Source: a virus (lineage: Duplodnaviria > Caudoviricetes). Taken from it: DNA of 47,148 bases. Positions 1-10,268 of this stretch are shown piece by piece (within the stretch, counting starts at the first letter, position 1; every line of letters starts with the position of its first letter). The translations under genes and the position numbers were made by a program. The stretch spans positions 1 to 47,148 of the IMG/VR virus record IMGVR_UViG_3300037310_000121, one strand, 5' to 3'. The notes under the pieces were generated by a model, which did no database searches, was not told the origin of the DNA, and saw only the letters and a list, made by a program, of their open reading frames with translations.

Positions 1-11
1 AAGAGAGCTAC

Positions 12-173
12 ATGAAAGACCTAATTGCAGCGATCGCCGCCATCCGCAAGGAATGGGCCAAACCGGCGCCGCCCCCTCGAGTTCCACAACCGCTCCCAAA
101 GAAGGGAAGGAAGTATCTCCATGCCGTCACGAAAAAAACCAAACGCATTCGTTCCATTAAAAGACCTCGCTAA
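12..173 (+). CDS. small basic hypothetical protein (53 aa)
   Basis: ATG at 12, TAA at 171-173; MKDLIAAIAAIRKEWAKP...; below the ORF-track cutoff, translated by hand. Confidence 0.4.
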   Translation: MKDLIAAIAAIRKEWAKPAPPPRVPQPLPKKGRKYLHAVTKKTKRIRSIKRPR

Positions 174-306
174 GCGCTGCGGGCTCTCACAGCACGCTGC
201 TCGAGTTCGGCTGAACAAAGAAGGGATCAAACGCCGGGGGACCCGCTGGCGTTTTCAGCTTGGCTCGGCGGAGCTGACGAAAGCCGTGAAGATCCTCAAC
301 CGGTAA
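121..306 (+). CDS. small basic putative HTH DNA-binding protein
   Basis: ATG 121 after GGAAGG; LKDLAKRCGLSQHAARVRL is HTH-like. Confidence 0.5.
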   Translation: MPSRKKPNAFVPLKDLAKRCGLSQHAARVRLNKEGIKRRGTRWRFQLGSAELTKAVKILNR

Positions 307-316
307 AACAAACCCC

Positions 317-757
317 GTGGCAGAAGACCACCTCTGGAAGTGGCTCAGCGGGTTGGTCCCGAAGGGCCACTACAACCGCATCGAGAGCCCTGAGACAGCT
401 CCGGGCTTCCCCGATGTGCATTACCAGCTCAGTGGGACGCACATCTCCGGCACGTTGGAACTCAAGGACGCGCGCTTCCCGCGTCGAGTTCCACCGTTCA
501 AGAACGAAGACGATGGACTGCACGCGACACAAATACACTGGATGCTCACCAACAATTACTGTGGTGGAATCTGCTGGATCGTCGCACGAGTGCAACCGAA
601 AGTTTTCTGGATCCCGTCGAAATACGCTATCAAGTTCAACGGCTGTCTACAGTTGGAGCGTATCGCGACTTACGTTCTCCGCGGGAAACTAATCACGGCG
701 AAGGACGTCGTGGCAATTCGAGAAATGATGCGAGGAGGAGACCTTGAGAAGTTGTAG
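317..757 (+). CDS. PD-(D/E)xK nuclease, VRR-NUC/Holliday-junction-resolvase-like
   Basis: RIES...PGFPDV...LELK and Q-x-x-W motifs typical of phage VRR-NUC proteins. Confidence 0.75.
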   Translation: MAEDHLWKWLSGLVPKGHYNRIESPETAPGFPDVHYQLSGTHISGTLELKDARFPRRVPPFKNEDDGLHATQIHWMLTNNYCGGICWIVARVQPKVFWIPSKYAIKFNGCLQLERIATYVLRGKLITAKDVVAIREMMRGGDLEKL

Positions 758-1148
758 CTACCGAACCCCTCGTGGGCGGACACACTGCACAGAGTGCGGA
801 CAAGAAATCCATCTTTGCTCGTGCTCGGATCCGGACGGTGAAGCTCAAAAGAGGCTCTTTGAGCTCGAGGGTCGTGTGTTACGTGAGGTTAGAGACCTCA
901 TTCGCAGCTTCACGAACTACGGACAGCCACCGAAAAACATCATCGACATGGCTCTCATGAACGTCGTCCTCGAGCTGGCCGAGCTCGTTCGCAAGCTCAA
1001 GAGCCATCGGCACGCAGACGGGACTCCGGGGGAAGAGATTCACCGAGCCTGTATGCGATTGGCTGCTGCTGCGATTTTGTTATCGCTATACGGAGACGCT
1101 GATTTTCCTTACGAACCTTCCCTCGTTCACGAACCAAAGGACTTCTAA
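744..1148 (+). CDS. hypothetical protein, Cys-rich N-terminus plus MazG-like helical region
   Basis: CxxC...CxC; VLELAEL...EEI...LAAAAI pattern; GGAGG upstream. Confidence 0.5.
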   Translation: MRSCSYRTPRGRTHCTECGQEIHLCSCSDPDGEAQKRLFELEGRVLREVRDLIRSFTNYGQPPKNIIDMALMNVVLELAELVRKLKSHRHADGTPGEEIHRACMRLAAAAILLSLYGDADFPYEPSLVHEPKDF

Positions 1149-1149
1149 A

Positions 1150-1449
1150 ATGCGCTTGAACGTCTATAGTGACGAACTGACCGACCGCGTCGAGGTAGTC
1201 AACAAGACCACGTCGGCAGGCGACTTCATTGGTGTACGGCTCTTCATCGAGACTCCCATCACACTGAAGAACCAACACGGGATGAAACAGGTTGTACGAG
1301 GGCCATCTGAACCAGTCGATGGTGACGATGACTCTTCCGCCGTCACCTTGTGGGCAAGAACGGCTTCTCCGGAGGTCCTGCTTCGAGCTCTGCGGACTGC
1401 CGTGCTGTTGTTGGAGCAACGAGTCGCTCCTCGCTTCTCCGGAGGCTAG
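1150..1449 (+). CDS. hypothetical phage protein
   Basis: Abuts previous gene; MRLNVYSDELTDRVE...DDDSSAVTLW; converges on the minus-strand operon. Confidence 0.65.
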   Translation: MRLNVYSDELTDRVEVVNKTTSAGDFIGVRLFIETPITLKNQHGMKQVVRGPSEPVDGDDDSSAVTLWARTASPEVLLRALRTAVLLLEQRVAPRFSGG

Positions 1450-1970
1450 TTACCCTCTAAGAAGCTCTGCACGATCGAGACTGCGGCCCGCCGCGGGACG
1501 TTGCCGACATGTTGACCGACGTTCGCGAACGCATCGTAAACCTCGGCCTCCTCGATCCCGAAACTCTTGGCGAGTTCTTCAGCGCTTGGGTGAGAACTCA
1601 GCTCACTCCAGCGAGGTGGGACACCACCAGGGGGCGGACTCCCTTGCGTCGTCGCGAGCCGGGACTTGATGCTGCCCCCCTTGGCGAACGTGGCGTGGGG
1701 CGCTCCCTGTCGCGCCATAGCGAGAGGGCCGGTGTGCCCTCGGCCGAGTATCCTCCCGGCTGTTCCCCCTGCCGTCTGGCGCCCCATAAGCCGCAGTGGA
1801 CCTCCTCCGGTAGCCTTTCTGACCGGCCGGCGAGTGCGGTCTTTCGCCTGCACGAATTCCTGCGCCACGGCCCGCGTAGGGCCGCCCTTTAAACGATCGG
1901 GTTTCCACCCATGTGCGACCCCCCGCATCAATCTCGCCTGTGCTGGAGACGCATAATCACTAGTCGCCAT
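1446..1970 (-). CDS. basic virion-associated protein with xGG motifs
   Basis: ATG 1970 after GAGGAG; SPAQARLMRGVAHGWKP N-terminus; KATGG and FAKGG motifs. Confidence 0.7.
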   Translation of the reverse strand: MATSDYASPAQARLMRGVAHGWKPDRLKGGPTRAVAQEFVQAKDRTRRPVRKATGGGPLRLMGRQTAGGTAGRILGRGHTGPLAMARQGAPHATFAKGGSIKSRLATTQGSPPPGGVPPRWSELSSHPSAEELAKSFGIEEAEVYDAFANVGQHVGNVPRRAAVSIVQSFLEGN

Positions 1971-4900
1971 CGGTCGGCTCCTCTGGTAAAAAGCTGTGGA
2001 TAAACTGTTGGTCATCTGTGGATAAGTCGTCTTGCGGAGTCACCGGAGGAGGTGCCAACTTGTTGGCGATCGCAAAAGCGAGCTCCGGTGAGAGTTCCCC
2101 AGCCCGGACAGCCTGCTCGGCCAAGTACCAAGGGTCTTGCTTCAAGTAATGCTCGGCGAGCATCTCCGTGCCAGTCCCAAAAGCCCCCCCGAACCCAGCG
2201 CCCATGAGATAGTTCTGCGGTTTAGGGACGATCGTCGGAGAGAACCACTCAGTGGCGGCAGAGAGTGGAGCCACGGATCGCTTCAACCAGAGGGGAGCCT
2301 TCGCTCCTATTGCAGGAAGGCCACCGACCGGCAGTTGCCCTGCCATGATGCCTAGGGATTCGAGTAGATGCTCAGAGAACCCTGAGGGCTCATCGAGCGC
2401 GAGCTCGCGCATCATCGCTTCACGAAGCTGCGTCGAAGCCTCTTGCGCCGCCCTAGAAATACCGGATGAGTCGTCAGACGGTTGCTGCCCTCGCGCAATG
2501 TCGTAGATGTCCATGAAGTCGGCCGGGAGCGCGATCGTCTCTGTAACCAAACCTGGCGGGGCCATCGTCGGATGCATCCCCATCTTCTTTTGCATGACGT
2601 ACGCAGACAGCCCCGCAGTCGGACTAATAGTGAACAAGGGCAGACTCGATACAGTGGGATTACCTTCCTCGTTCAGGGCCATCCACTGCGACGCGAATCC
2701 TCCCAGCGGGCGCAACAGAGTGTCGGACAGCTCACTGCGAGTTTCGGGTGAGATGAATGGCACTTGGTTCGCGAGAGAATCGGTAACGGCTCTCAGGTAC
2801 TCGAGATCTGTTCTAGCGGGCGGTCGGACGACCGGTCCACCAGACTGAAACTCCTCCGGCTGCTCCTCCTGCTCCTGCTGTAGGAGTTCGACCGCTGGAG
2901 CCGCCGCCCCGATAGTCCAGAGCGGGACTCCGACTCGTTTGATCCGTTCCCGGACCTCGGGAGTCAACTTGATCGCCGGGAATGTCTTATGAGCCGATGT
3001 AGTCGAACGCGCAAATTCTGTGTAGGCGTGCCACAGACGCTCCATCGACTCGACCAAGCCCGGCAACGCATCTGTGGTGTCATCCTCAGTCATGCGGACT
3101 TCGTTCCACCGCAGCACAGCTTTATAGGCGTCGTTTAAATAAGAAGCGTGTATCCTTCTCCCGCGTTCGTCGAGTTTTCCATATATTTCATCAATCACCT
3201 GAATGTACGGATCGCCGGTTCCGTAGTAATTACCTCTCTCGACGGAGTCGAGAAAGTCGGACATGTTCTCAGCTTCGAGAGCACGCATGGAGCGCGGCCG
3301 GATGTCTTCCTCAGAGTGTACTTTGAGTGGGACTTCGACCATCTCTGCGCCGTACTGACGAGCGAGACGTTCCATCTCGCTCAAGTACACTTTGCCATAG
3401 ACGTGGTGCATCGCTCTGGCATCGTCCGAGTCGGCGTCCATGCCGTAACGCTCGATCTGATCTTCCGGGCGAGTCAACGCCAAGTAATCCTCATCGTTGT
3501 TCACTGCATTCAAAAGCTGCTTTCGAAGCTCCAACCGACCATACTCGGCAGGCTCTTTGAAAGGAGCATCTGGTACACCTTCCTGCAAAAGAGCAATTCG
3601 TGTTTTCAACGAATTTACTGCGTCCTGAATCTCTCTCCACTGCTTCAACTCAGGATCGAAGGAGTCGTCGTCCTTCAGTTGATTTCGGATCTCATCTCTT
3701 TCAGCGCGCACCTGAGCTAGCTCATATTCGAGCTGCTTGATTTGAAATTCGTCCCGATAACCACGGCGTGGGCGACGCTTAGCTACTTCAGCCCACAAAG
3801 CATTGCGTTCCCGATCAATCGCCCTACGAGCCTCGAGATTGGCGTCTGTCTTGGGGAGCAGATTGAAGTCTGTTGATCGGGCGGTAAGAGACTCATACCT
3901 CTCCCGCTCTTCACGAGACATGTGACCCCACGCATCATCAGTGCGCTCGGCAGCGTCTTGATGGAGGTCCGACTGTATTTCCTCGACCAAGCGGATTCTG
4001 CCTGGGGCTAGAAGATGCCCGGCTTCATTCCTTTCCCCCTTGATGGCGTGTACCGACGTTCGAGAATGCGACAGTGTGTCATCCCGGAAATGTCCAGGGT
4101 ACGACAGGTCTGCCAGAGTCGTCGTAGACTCTTGGTAACTGGATCCAGGGGTTTGATGGGACAACCGTGGGTCAAAACTAGGGCCGTAACGACTGATTGG
4201 ATGAGAGGTACGAGGTTCCTTCGTTTCGTCTGTAGTGCGTCTGAATGCTTCTACCGAAGCCGAAGTGTCGTCGACCGAGGCAGAACGACCGAATGTGGGA
4301 CGAGACTTCCGAAGACGATCGAGGACCTCTGCCTTAGTCAGACTCGTACTTTGAGAGAAACCCTGCCGCAATGCGGGAGTCCACGGATCCTTCAACCAGG
4401 GGAGAATGGTGTACTCGAGCTCCTCCTTCTTCAGCGGGAACTCCATACCTTCGCGCTTCAACATGCGCCCAGGTTTCAAGTACCCAAGCCACTGCTCGGC
4501 GTCTGCACGTTCGAACGGCGCTTGCTCGATGAGCTGATCGAGCGTACTGAAGAACCCACGCTGCGGAGCAAGAGCCTGCTGGTATTCCCGAAGCTCCTGC
4601 ATCGCACGATCGACCGTCGAGCGAACGCTGCCACCCTTCGCCTTCGTGATGTCTCTCTTCGTCGGATCGAAAGTACCGACGTTACCGACAGCCGATTTGA
4701 TTTGGGTAGGCTCGAAAGGGATCCACACGTCGTGACCCTCACCGCCCATCTTGCCACCGACATCGCGGATCGAATCGTACCCAAGGTCCTGAAGAGTCTT
4801 CGTTACCCAATCAGGGATTGAGGTCCAAGCGTGACCTGGATTACCACCGGCAGCAGACGACTCTATGCCCTTTCGTAGCTCGTCCATCCACACATCGGGA

Positions 4901-6384
4901 TCGCGGTACTCCTTATCCCAAGGATCGACCCCGCGCAGGAACTCACGCTCGCTGGGGGCGTAGCGCCGCTGGCGATCCGCTGCTTCCTGAAGTGCTTCGA
5001 CGACTTCGGGAGGAATGGCAGATGTCACGAGCGGTCGTTGTGCTGAGAGGTACACCGGGAGAACCCCAGGGGAGCCATGCTTGATGTCGGTGAAGTCGAC
5101 CCTCCCAAGGTCGAGCCCCGCCGCTTTAAGCACGTCCAAGAATTTCTCTTCCTGGTTGAAGAGATTCCCCGATTGCAACCACATGTCGACGGCTGCACTC
5201 AACCCGTTACCACGATGTTCACTGTTCTCCCGACTTATCAGCCAATCCCAGTGGCTCGGGGCGATTCCACCTCCGACTGCCGATTGATCTTCGATCTCGC
5301 CGGTATCCTCGTTCTCTCCGATGTGGCGCATGCGCGCGTTGAAGTCGGCGCGCTGCGCGGGAGTCATGTCGTACCACATCCGAGAGAGCGGTTGACTCGT
5401 CCGAGAACCTTTTGGTTTATATGTGAACCAGTGTTCGTAGCCCGTGTCTTCTAACGAAGTGTCCTGCTTCCCTATCGCGTAATTCGACGCGATCTCCGGG
5501 TCATCGGTGAAGAACGGCATTGGCCCACTAGTGGCCCGCTCAGGTTTAATGCCCGCCTCGAAGCGATCAGCCCGACCTGCCCCGTGGAACACGCGTAAGG
5601 GATTCCCTTCTGGATCGACGGCCTGAGATTCTTTGAACCAAGCTGCGAACTCGGGGTTGTCGCGCAGAGTTCTGCGGAGCTCGTCGAACGCCGATCTGAC
5701 GCTTCCGCCTTTCGCCTTAGTGATGTCCGGTTCTCTAGGATCGAAGGTGCCGATGTTCCCAACCGCGCTTTTCACTTGCGTTGGCTCGAACGCAGCCCAT
5801 GCTTCGATGGGAGCCCCATGAATATCGGTGTCAACGATCTTGACCCCATCGTAACCAGCTTCACGAATGTCTCGGTAGACATCCAACGCTTCCAGAATAC
5901 GATAAGTCGGGACAAAGGTCGTATCCGGCTCAACTGCTATGTCCTCGGTCGACAAGTCCCCCGCGATCTCCCAGGTCACGTCGGAGAAGTTAGACTCGTC
6001 GATGTCTTGGAGGAAACCACGCTTCTGGAGTTCTCCAATCGCCTCCTCAAGGGTATTCGCAGCCCCCATGTCCGTGAGGTCGAGCGGATTCTTGATCGAA
6101 GCATACAAGGGCATGACGTTCTGTCCTTGTGGCTCGGGTCTTTCGAACTGAGGAGCCCACTCATCAAGTTCTCGATAATCCTCCACGTCGGTCGAGCGCT
6201 CACCGAACGCTTGGCGATCGGCAAATTCCCCTGCGGCTTTGCGAGAGGATGTCAACCAGATAGGGCTGCTAGTAAACTCTTGAATGTCCCCCAAAGTACC
6301 GTGGTACACCTTACGAGGTGCATGTGAACCCTTGAGAAACTCCGCGAGGTTACGAAGTGCAGCGATGTGGCCACCCTTTGGCAC
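1960..6384 (-). CDS. large polyvalent protein with two ART-PolyVal (ADP-ribosyltransferase-like) domains; probable ejected protein
   Basis: Two copies of V[YF]HG...P[LV]Y..[IA]..PL...GYD...FEPTQ[VI]KSAVGN[IV]GTFDP; third domain with EEIQSDLHQ...PDAPF. Confidence 0.75.
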   Translation of the reverse strand: MPKGGHIAALRNLAEFLKGSHAPRKVYHGTLGDIQEFTSSPIWLTSSRKAAGEFADRQAFGERSTDVEDYRELDEWAPQFERPEPQGQNVMPLYASIKNPLDLTDMGAANTLEEAIGELQKRGFLQDIDESNFSDVTWEIAGDLSTEDIAVEPDTTFVPTYRILEALDVYRDIREAGYDGVKIVDTDIHGAPIEAWAAFEPTQVKSAVGNIGTFDPREPDITKAKGGSVRSAFDELRRTLRDNPEFAAWFKESQAVDPEGNPLRVFHGAGRADRFEAGIKPERATSGPMPFFTDDPEIASNYAIGKQDTSLEDTGYEHWFTYKPKGSRTSQPLSRMWYDMTPAQRADFNARMRHIGENEDTGEIEDQSAVGGGIAPSHWDWLISRENSEHRGNGLSAAVDMWLQSGNLFNQEEKFLDVLKAAGLDLGRVDFTDIKHGSPGVLPVYLSAQRPLVTSAIPPEVVEALQEAADRQRRYAPSEREFLRGVDPWDKEYRDPDVWMDELRKGIESSAAGGNPGHAWTSIPDWVTKTLQDLGYDSIRDVGGKMGGEGHDVWIPFEPTQIKSAVGNVGTFDPTKRDITKAKGGSVRSTVDRAMQELREYQQALAPQRGFFSTLDQLIEQAPFERADAEQWLGYLKPGRMLKREGMEFPLKKEELEYTILPWLKDPWTPALRQGFSQSTSLTKAEVLDRLRKSRPTFGRSASVDDTSASVEAFRRTTDETKEPRTSHPISRYGPSFDPRLSHQTPGSSYQESTTTLADLSYPGHFRDDTLSHSRTSVHAIKGERNEAGHLLAPGRIRLVEEIQSDLHQDAAERTDDAWGHMSREERERYESLTARSTDFNLLPKTDANLEARRAIDRERNALWAEVAKRRPRRGYRDEFQIKQLEYELAQVRAERDEIRNQLKDDDSFDPELKQWREIQDAVNSLKTRIALLQEGVPDAPFKEPAEYGRLELRKQLLNAVNNDEDYLALTRPEDQIERYGMDADSDDARAMHHVYGKVYLSEMERLARQYGAEMVEVPLKVHSEEDIRPRSMRALEAENMSDFLDSVERGNYYGTGDPYIQVIDEIYGKLDERGRRIHASYLNDAYKAVLRWNEVRMTEDDTTDALPGLVESMERLWHAYTEFARSTTSAHKTFPAIKLTPEVRERIKRVGVPLWTIGAAAPAVELLQQEQEEQPEEFQSGGPVVRPPARTDLEYLRAVTDSLANQVPFISPETRSELSDTLLRPLGGFASQWMALNEEGNPTVSSLPLFTISPTAGLSAYVMQKKMGMHPTMAPPGLVTETIALPADFMDIYDIARGQQPSDDSSGISRAAQEASTQLREAMMRELALDEPSGFSEHLLESLGIMAGQLPVGGLPAIGAKAPLWLKRSVAPLSAATEWFSPTIVPKPQNYLMGAGFGGAFGTGTEMLAEHYLKQDPWYLAEQAVRAGELSPELAFAIANKLAPPPVTPQDDLSTDDQQFIHSFLPEEPTDGD

Positions 6385-6387
6385 ACG

Positions 6388-9309
6388 CTACTCCTTCTCA
6401 GTGCGCCGGCCAGCGAGAGCCGAAGCTCCAGCGCCTACCGCAGCTCCAATAGCTGCCGCTGCTGCCCGTCGACCGGTCGGAGTTCGGGCTCGAGCGCGGC
6501 TGAAACGACGACTGAGCGCCGCCATGGCATTCGGGTCGTTCGTTTGTAGTATCCGCAGAATTTCATCGGCTTGCTTCTGAGACAACACGGGAACCGAATT
6601 CAAGACCCGATTGGCCCAGTTAAGCGGCTGAGTGATGGTGAACCCGAGAGCTTCTTCGCCAACTGCACGGACCGTACTACGAAGGGCTCCCTTCTGCCGC
6701 TCGATCTGCCCTCGCTCTCCAGCCCGAGTGAGCTCCCGTGCATTCGAGTACAGCTCGACTTCTTTTTGCAGAGCGTTTCGGAACACATCGAACGCGGCCG
6801 GAGAGTCGAAGAACGGCTGCAAGCTCGCCACCATCTTCGGCGAGCTGATGAGCTTGCGGGCCGTGTTGGAGTCCGTCGATGGGTTCTCAATGATCTCCAT
6901 GAGCCTCTGAGCCATACCGGTACGAAACGCACTGCGCTCCGCTTGCGACATACCCTGAGCCCGCGTGGCCAACTCCTCCGGTTGGAATTTATTGAAGATT
7001 CGCCCCTGTTCGAGAGCATCCCTCACTTCGAGATCCCCGGCGTACTGCTGACGAGCAGCCTTGTATTCTCCGGGAGCCGCGGCGTCGAGAGCGTCCCGGA
7101 AACGACGACGGAGACCACGCAGAGCGTGCCCTAGAGTTGTAGGCCCCTGGGACTCTTCCTTGTCGATGATTTGGTCGAGGCCGCGCTTGACGTAGTCTAG
7201 GAACTGAAGCGACGGCTTTCTGACCATTCCGGTAACGTCAGCTCTGCCGATCGGGACCCTGTCGATTCGCATGAGTTTGGCGGCGTTCGCCACTGCCTCT
7301 CTCCCATAATCGCTTTCGAGAATCTCGTGCAGCTCCGCAGATTCAACGATCCCAGGATATTTGGCATACGCCGCTTCGTAGAGAGGCTTGGAGTTCGAGT
7401 ACAGCGCGTTCGTCAAGTCCTCAAGCGTCGCAAAATAAGACCCCTGTGGACGGAGTCCAGCTCGGACTTGGGATTCGAGACGACCATGAGCTGCTTCTCC
7501 TTGGCGTTCCAGATGCTCGATAGCGGCTCGAGCCTCGGCCGGACGTGCCGATCGCAGAGACTCCTCCGCGAGCCCCCGCATCGACGGCTCCGTCATCAGC
7601 GTCGCCGGGGTCCCCATGCGTTGCAAGCGCTCCAACTCGGCCATCGCGGCCACTGGGTCGATTTCTTCTCGCGCGAAGGCCCGTGAGACTTGAAACTCCC
7701 CAGGGGTAAGCCCTCGGCGGTTGGGTAGCAGCTCGTTCCCGAGCATGCCCGCTCCGGCTCCCGCGACTGCGGACAAGCCCATGCGCAGAAGATCGTCATT
7801 CAATGAATCCAACGAAGGCGTGCTGCTCGCCTGTTCGGAAGCTCGTTGCTGCGACGATTCTTCCCCGGCAGGGCCAACCTCGATGGTTGTGCCATCGGAC
7901 AGCGTGATGACTCTCCCCCCCGTCTGGTAGCGGACCCGGCCGCCGCGAGCTCGAGGTTGCTTCAACCGATCGAGGAGCTCCGCTTGCTGTCTAGCAGAGA
8001 GGGCGTACCACTGTTCGGGGCTCACGTTTCTCGGGCGGAGCAGTCCCGAAGTGAAGATCGGATTCTCGTCGGAGAATCTCTGCAACTCATCGAAAAAGTA
8101 CTCGTCGAACTGTCCGACCCGTTTTTTGTAGTCGCGCGCCAGTTTGGCAGTGTCAATCTGCCGTTGAGCCATCTGCTTCATGCTCTGAATGAGCAGCGTT
8201 CTCCCTTCGGGAGTCTGCGTCAGCCTAGGGACCATCGTATCCAAATAATCGCGATCGGCATTGGAGAGCTGCCCAGGCATCCCGGCTCCACCAGCAGGGT
8301 TTCGCATCTGGAGGGCCAGACTTCGAGTGATCGCCACGGCTGCTTGTTTCGCGTCCAAGTTCTCATCGACATCAATACCGAACGACGCGAGCAGCCCAGA
8401 TGCTTTCATCCCCAGAGGAGTCAAGACTCCTGTATCGAGGTCCCGCAGCATCTCCTCAATTTGCGAAAGGCGGTTGATCTGGTTCTGCGCTACCAGCGCT
8501 CCCTCCGTCAAGTCTGTGTACTGCTTGCCGAGCCCGGTCCCAGTCGTCTCTGCCGTCTTAAGCGCTTGCCCAGCGCCCGCTTGCTGCCCGAGAGTCGTCA
8601 GCGGAATCTGCGATTCTTCAATATCGTTTCCTTCGGAGTCTATGCCTACGAGAGTTGGGACACCGTTGATGGTCCGAACGGTGAATTGCCCTGCACGACT
8701 CATGATCCCGAGCCTGATCTTGCGAGCTCGCTCCTTCAGCTCCGGAGAGAGGTTCCTCGTCAGCTCGTTCCACATCTGTAAATCAGCCGGGATGTTCGCC
8801 CCAACCAGGCCGGGGATCAGGCGCGCGAGCTGGGCTGCTCTGATCTTCTCGATCTCGAATTGAGCTTCCAGTAACGGATCCCCGGCTCGTGCGAGCAAAA
8901 GATCGAGGTCGCTCAGTTGCCCCGCTTGCTCCCTCTCGAACTCCCCTCGTTTTTGTGCGTGCTCCGATAGCGCTTTACCGACGTTCCCCATAGTCTCGCC
9001 GAAGGCCCCCGTCCTAGTCGGAGCTCCAAACCCACGGGCGATGTCGAACCACATGGCTGAAGGGTCGTACTGCTGAGCCGCAATCCGTTCTCGAGCCGCA
9101 CGCAGCGCTGCCCGGACCTGGTCGGCCGAGCTTTTCATCTCCCGCTCTATCCGCCGCATTTCGGTGGACGGCCCGAGCATCTGCGACATCAAGTACATTT
9201 GTGTGGGGGACCCACTCGACAAATCTGCGGTGTCTTCAACGCCCTCGTCGAAGGGGTATTCCACCGCCTCGTCCACGGGGCCACCCTCCTGAAAGTACTC
9301 ACGCAGCAT
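6388..9309 (-). CDS. internal virion/DNA ejection protein
   Basis: 973 aa, helical and Ala/Arg-rich; GQLSNADRDYL and LDYVKRGLD segments; located after the nozzle gene. Confidence 0.65.
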   Translation of the reverse strand: MLREYFQEGGPVDEAVEYPFDEGVEDTADLSSGSPTQMYLMSQMLGPSTEMRRIEREMKSSADQVRAALRAARERIAAQQYDPSAMWFDIARGFGAPTRTGAFGETMGNVGKALSEHAQKRGEFEREQAGQLSDLDLLLARAGDPLLEAQFEIEKIRAAQLARLIPGLVGANIPADLQMWNELTRNLSPELKERARKIRLGIMSRAGQFTVRTINGVPTLVGIDSEGNDIEESQIPLTTLGQQAGAGQALKTAETTGTGLGKQYTDLTEGALVAQNQINRLSQIEEMLRDLDTGVLTPLGMKASGLLASFGIDVDENLDAKQAAVAITRSLALQMRNPAGGAGMPGQLSNADRDYLDTMVPRLTQTPEGRTLLIQSMKQMAQRQIDTAKLARDYKKRVGQFDEYFFDELQRFSDENPIFTSGLLRPRNVSPEQWYALSARQQAELLDRLKQPRARGGRVRYQTGGRVITLSDGTTIEVGPAGEESSQQRASEQASSTPSLDSLNDDLLRMGLSAVAGAGAGMLGNELLPNRRGLTPGEFQVSRAFAREEIDPVAAMAELERLQRMGTPATLMTEPSMRGLAEESLRSARPAEARAAIEHLERQGEAAHGRLESQVRAGLRPQGSYFATLEDLTNALYSNSKPLYEAAYAKYPGIVESAELHEILESDYGREAVANAAKLMRIDRVPIGRADVTGMVRKPSLQFLDYVKRGLDQIIDKEESQGPTTLGHALRGLRRRFRDALDAAAPGEYKAARQQYAGDLEVRDALEQGRIFNKFQPEELATRAQGMSQAERSAFRTGMAQRLMEIIENPSTDSNTARKLISSPKMVASLQPFFDSPAAFDVFRNALQKEVELYSNARELTRAGERGQIERQKGALRSTVRAVGEEALGFTITQPLNWANRVLNSVPVLSQKQADEILRILQTNDPNAMAALSRRFSRARARTPTGRRAAAAAIGAAVGAGASALAGRRTEKE

Positions 9310-10264
9310 AAGCCAACCTCAAGGGGCCACCATCGGCGAAACGGATCCGTCCCCCTCTCCTGGAGCCTGGCTTCTTGAACAAGTTGATGAGCCCCATCAA
9401 GTTCGCAGCGGTCGATGCGAGCTGCGAGAGCCCAGATGGGCCGACTGCTTCAGGCATCACTTCCTGAGACGAGGTACTACTGCTGCTGTAAGGGAGGCCG
9501 GAGAGCAACGACCGCATGAACGAAAGCTGCTGCTGTGGGTATTGCCTCTGCGCGAGGAAGTCTTGATACGCCGTATCTAGGGACCTCTGCGTCTGCGCCT
9601 GCTGCGTCTGCCCGATGTTTTCCAGGGCCGCCGCTCCGGTGAGTCCTTGCTGCTGGGCATACCGAGCGAGAGGCCCCATGCCGAGGCCCAACTGCGCCGC
9701 ACGCTCCGCGTCGGACATGAACTGCTGTCCTGCCGTCGTGTAGCCCGACGCCAGATTCGCGAGGTTCTGCTCGTTCAAGCTCTCCATGATGTCGCGTGCG
9801 CCACGGAACCCTTGATCTCGGTACGCCGTGGATCGAACGTCTTGGCCCAGACTACCGAACTTCGACTCGAGCGCCGGTAGAACTCGCTCGTTCAGCGCTC
9901 TACCTGCAAGCGTCGCTGCGCGGTTCGTGACGTTCTCAATGTACGGATTCATGTACGACGCGGCCGATTCCGGGAAAGTCCTCCCCGCAGTGGCCAAGTA
10001 CGGCTGTGCAAGCGTCAACGGCCCTGGAGTCCCGGAGATCACGTCTCGAGTCGTTTGAAAAGCTGCCTCTTGGTCCGGAGTGAACGGAGCGATTCTCGGG
10101 CCGGGGTACGGCTGATATGGCTCTGCTGCGACCCCTGCACCACCTGTCAGCAACAGATTCGCGTAGTCTGACAACCACTGCGGTAAATTGGTCGCTGTAC
10201 TCCCGTACTGAGTGACATTGGGGGGAGCTTGCCCCTCGAACAAGAAATCGCTCAGCGATGACAT
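9299..10264 (-). CDS. DNA transfer/pilot ejection protein
   Basis: Gln/Ala-rich; PYQPYPGPRIAPFTPDQ, YMNPY, QRQYPQQQLSF motifs typical of podovirus pilot proteins. Confidence 0.7.
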   Translation of the reverse strand: MSSLSDFLFEGQAPPNVTQYGSTATNLPQWLSDYANLLLTGGAGVAAEPYQPYPGPRIAPFTPDQEAAFQTTRDVISGTPGPLTLAQPYLATAGRTFPESAASYMNPYIENVTNRAATLAGRALNERVLPALESKFGSLGQDVRSTAYRDQGFRGARDIMESLNEQNLANLASGYTTAGQQFMSDAERAAQLGLGMGPLARYAQQQGLTGAAALENIGQTQQAQTQRSLDTAYQDFLAQRQYPQQQLSFMRSLLSGLPYSSSSTSSQEVMPEAVGPSGLSQLASTAANLMGLINLFKKPGSRRGGRIRFADGGPLRLAYAA

Positions 10265-10268
10265 GGTG

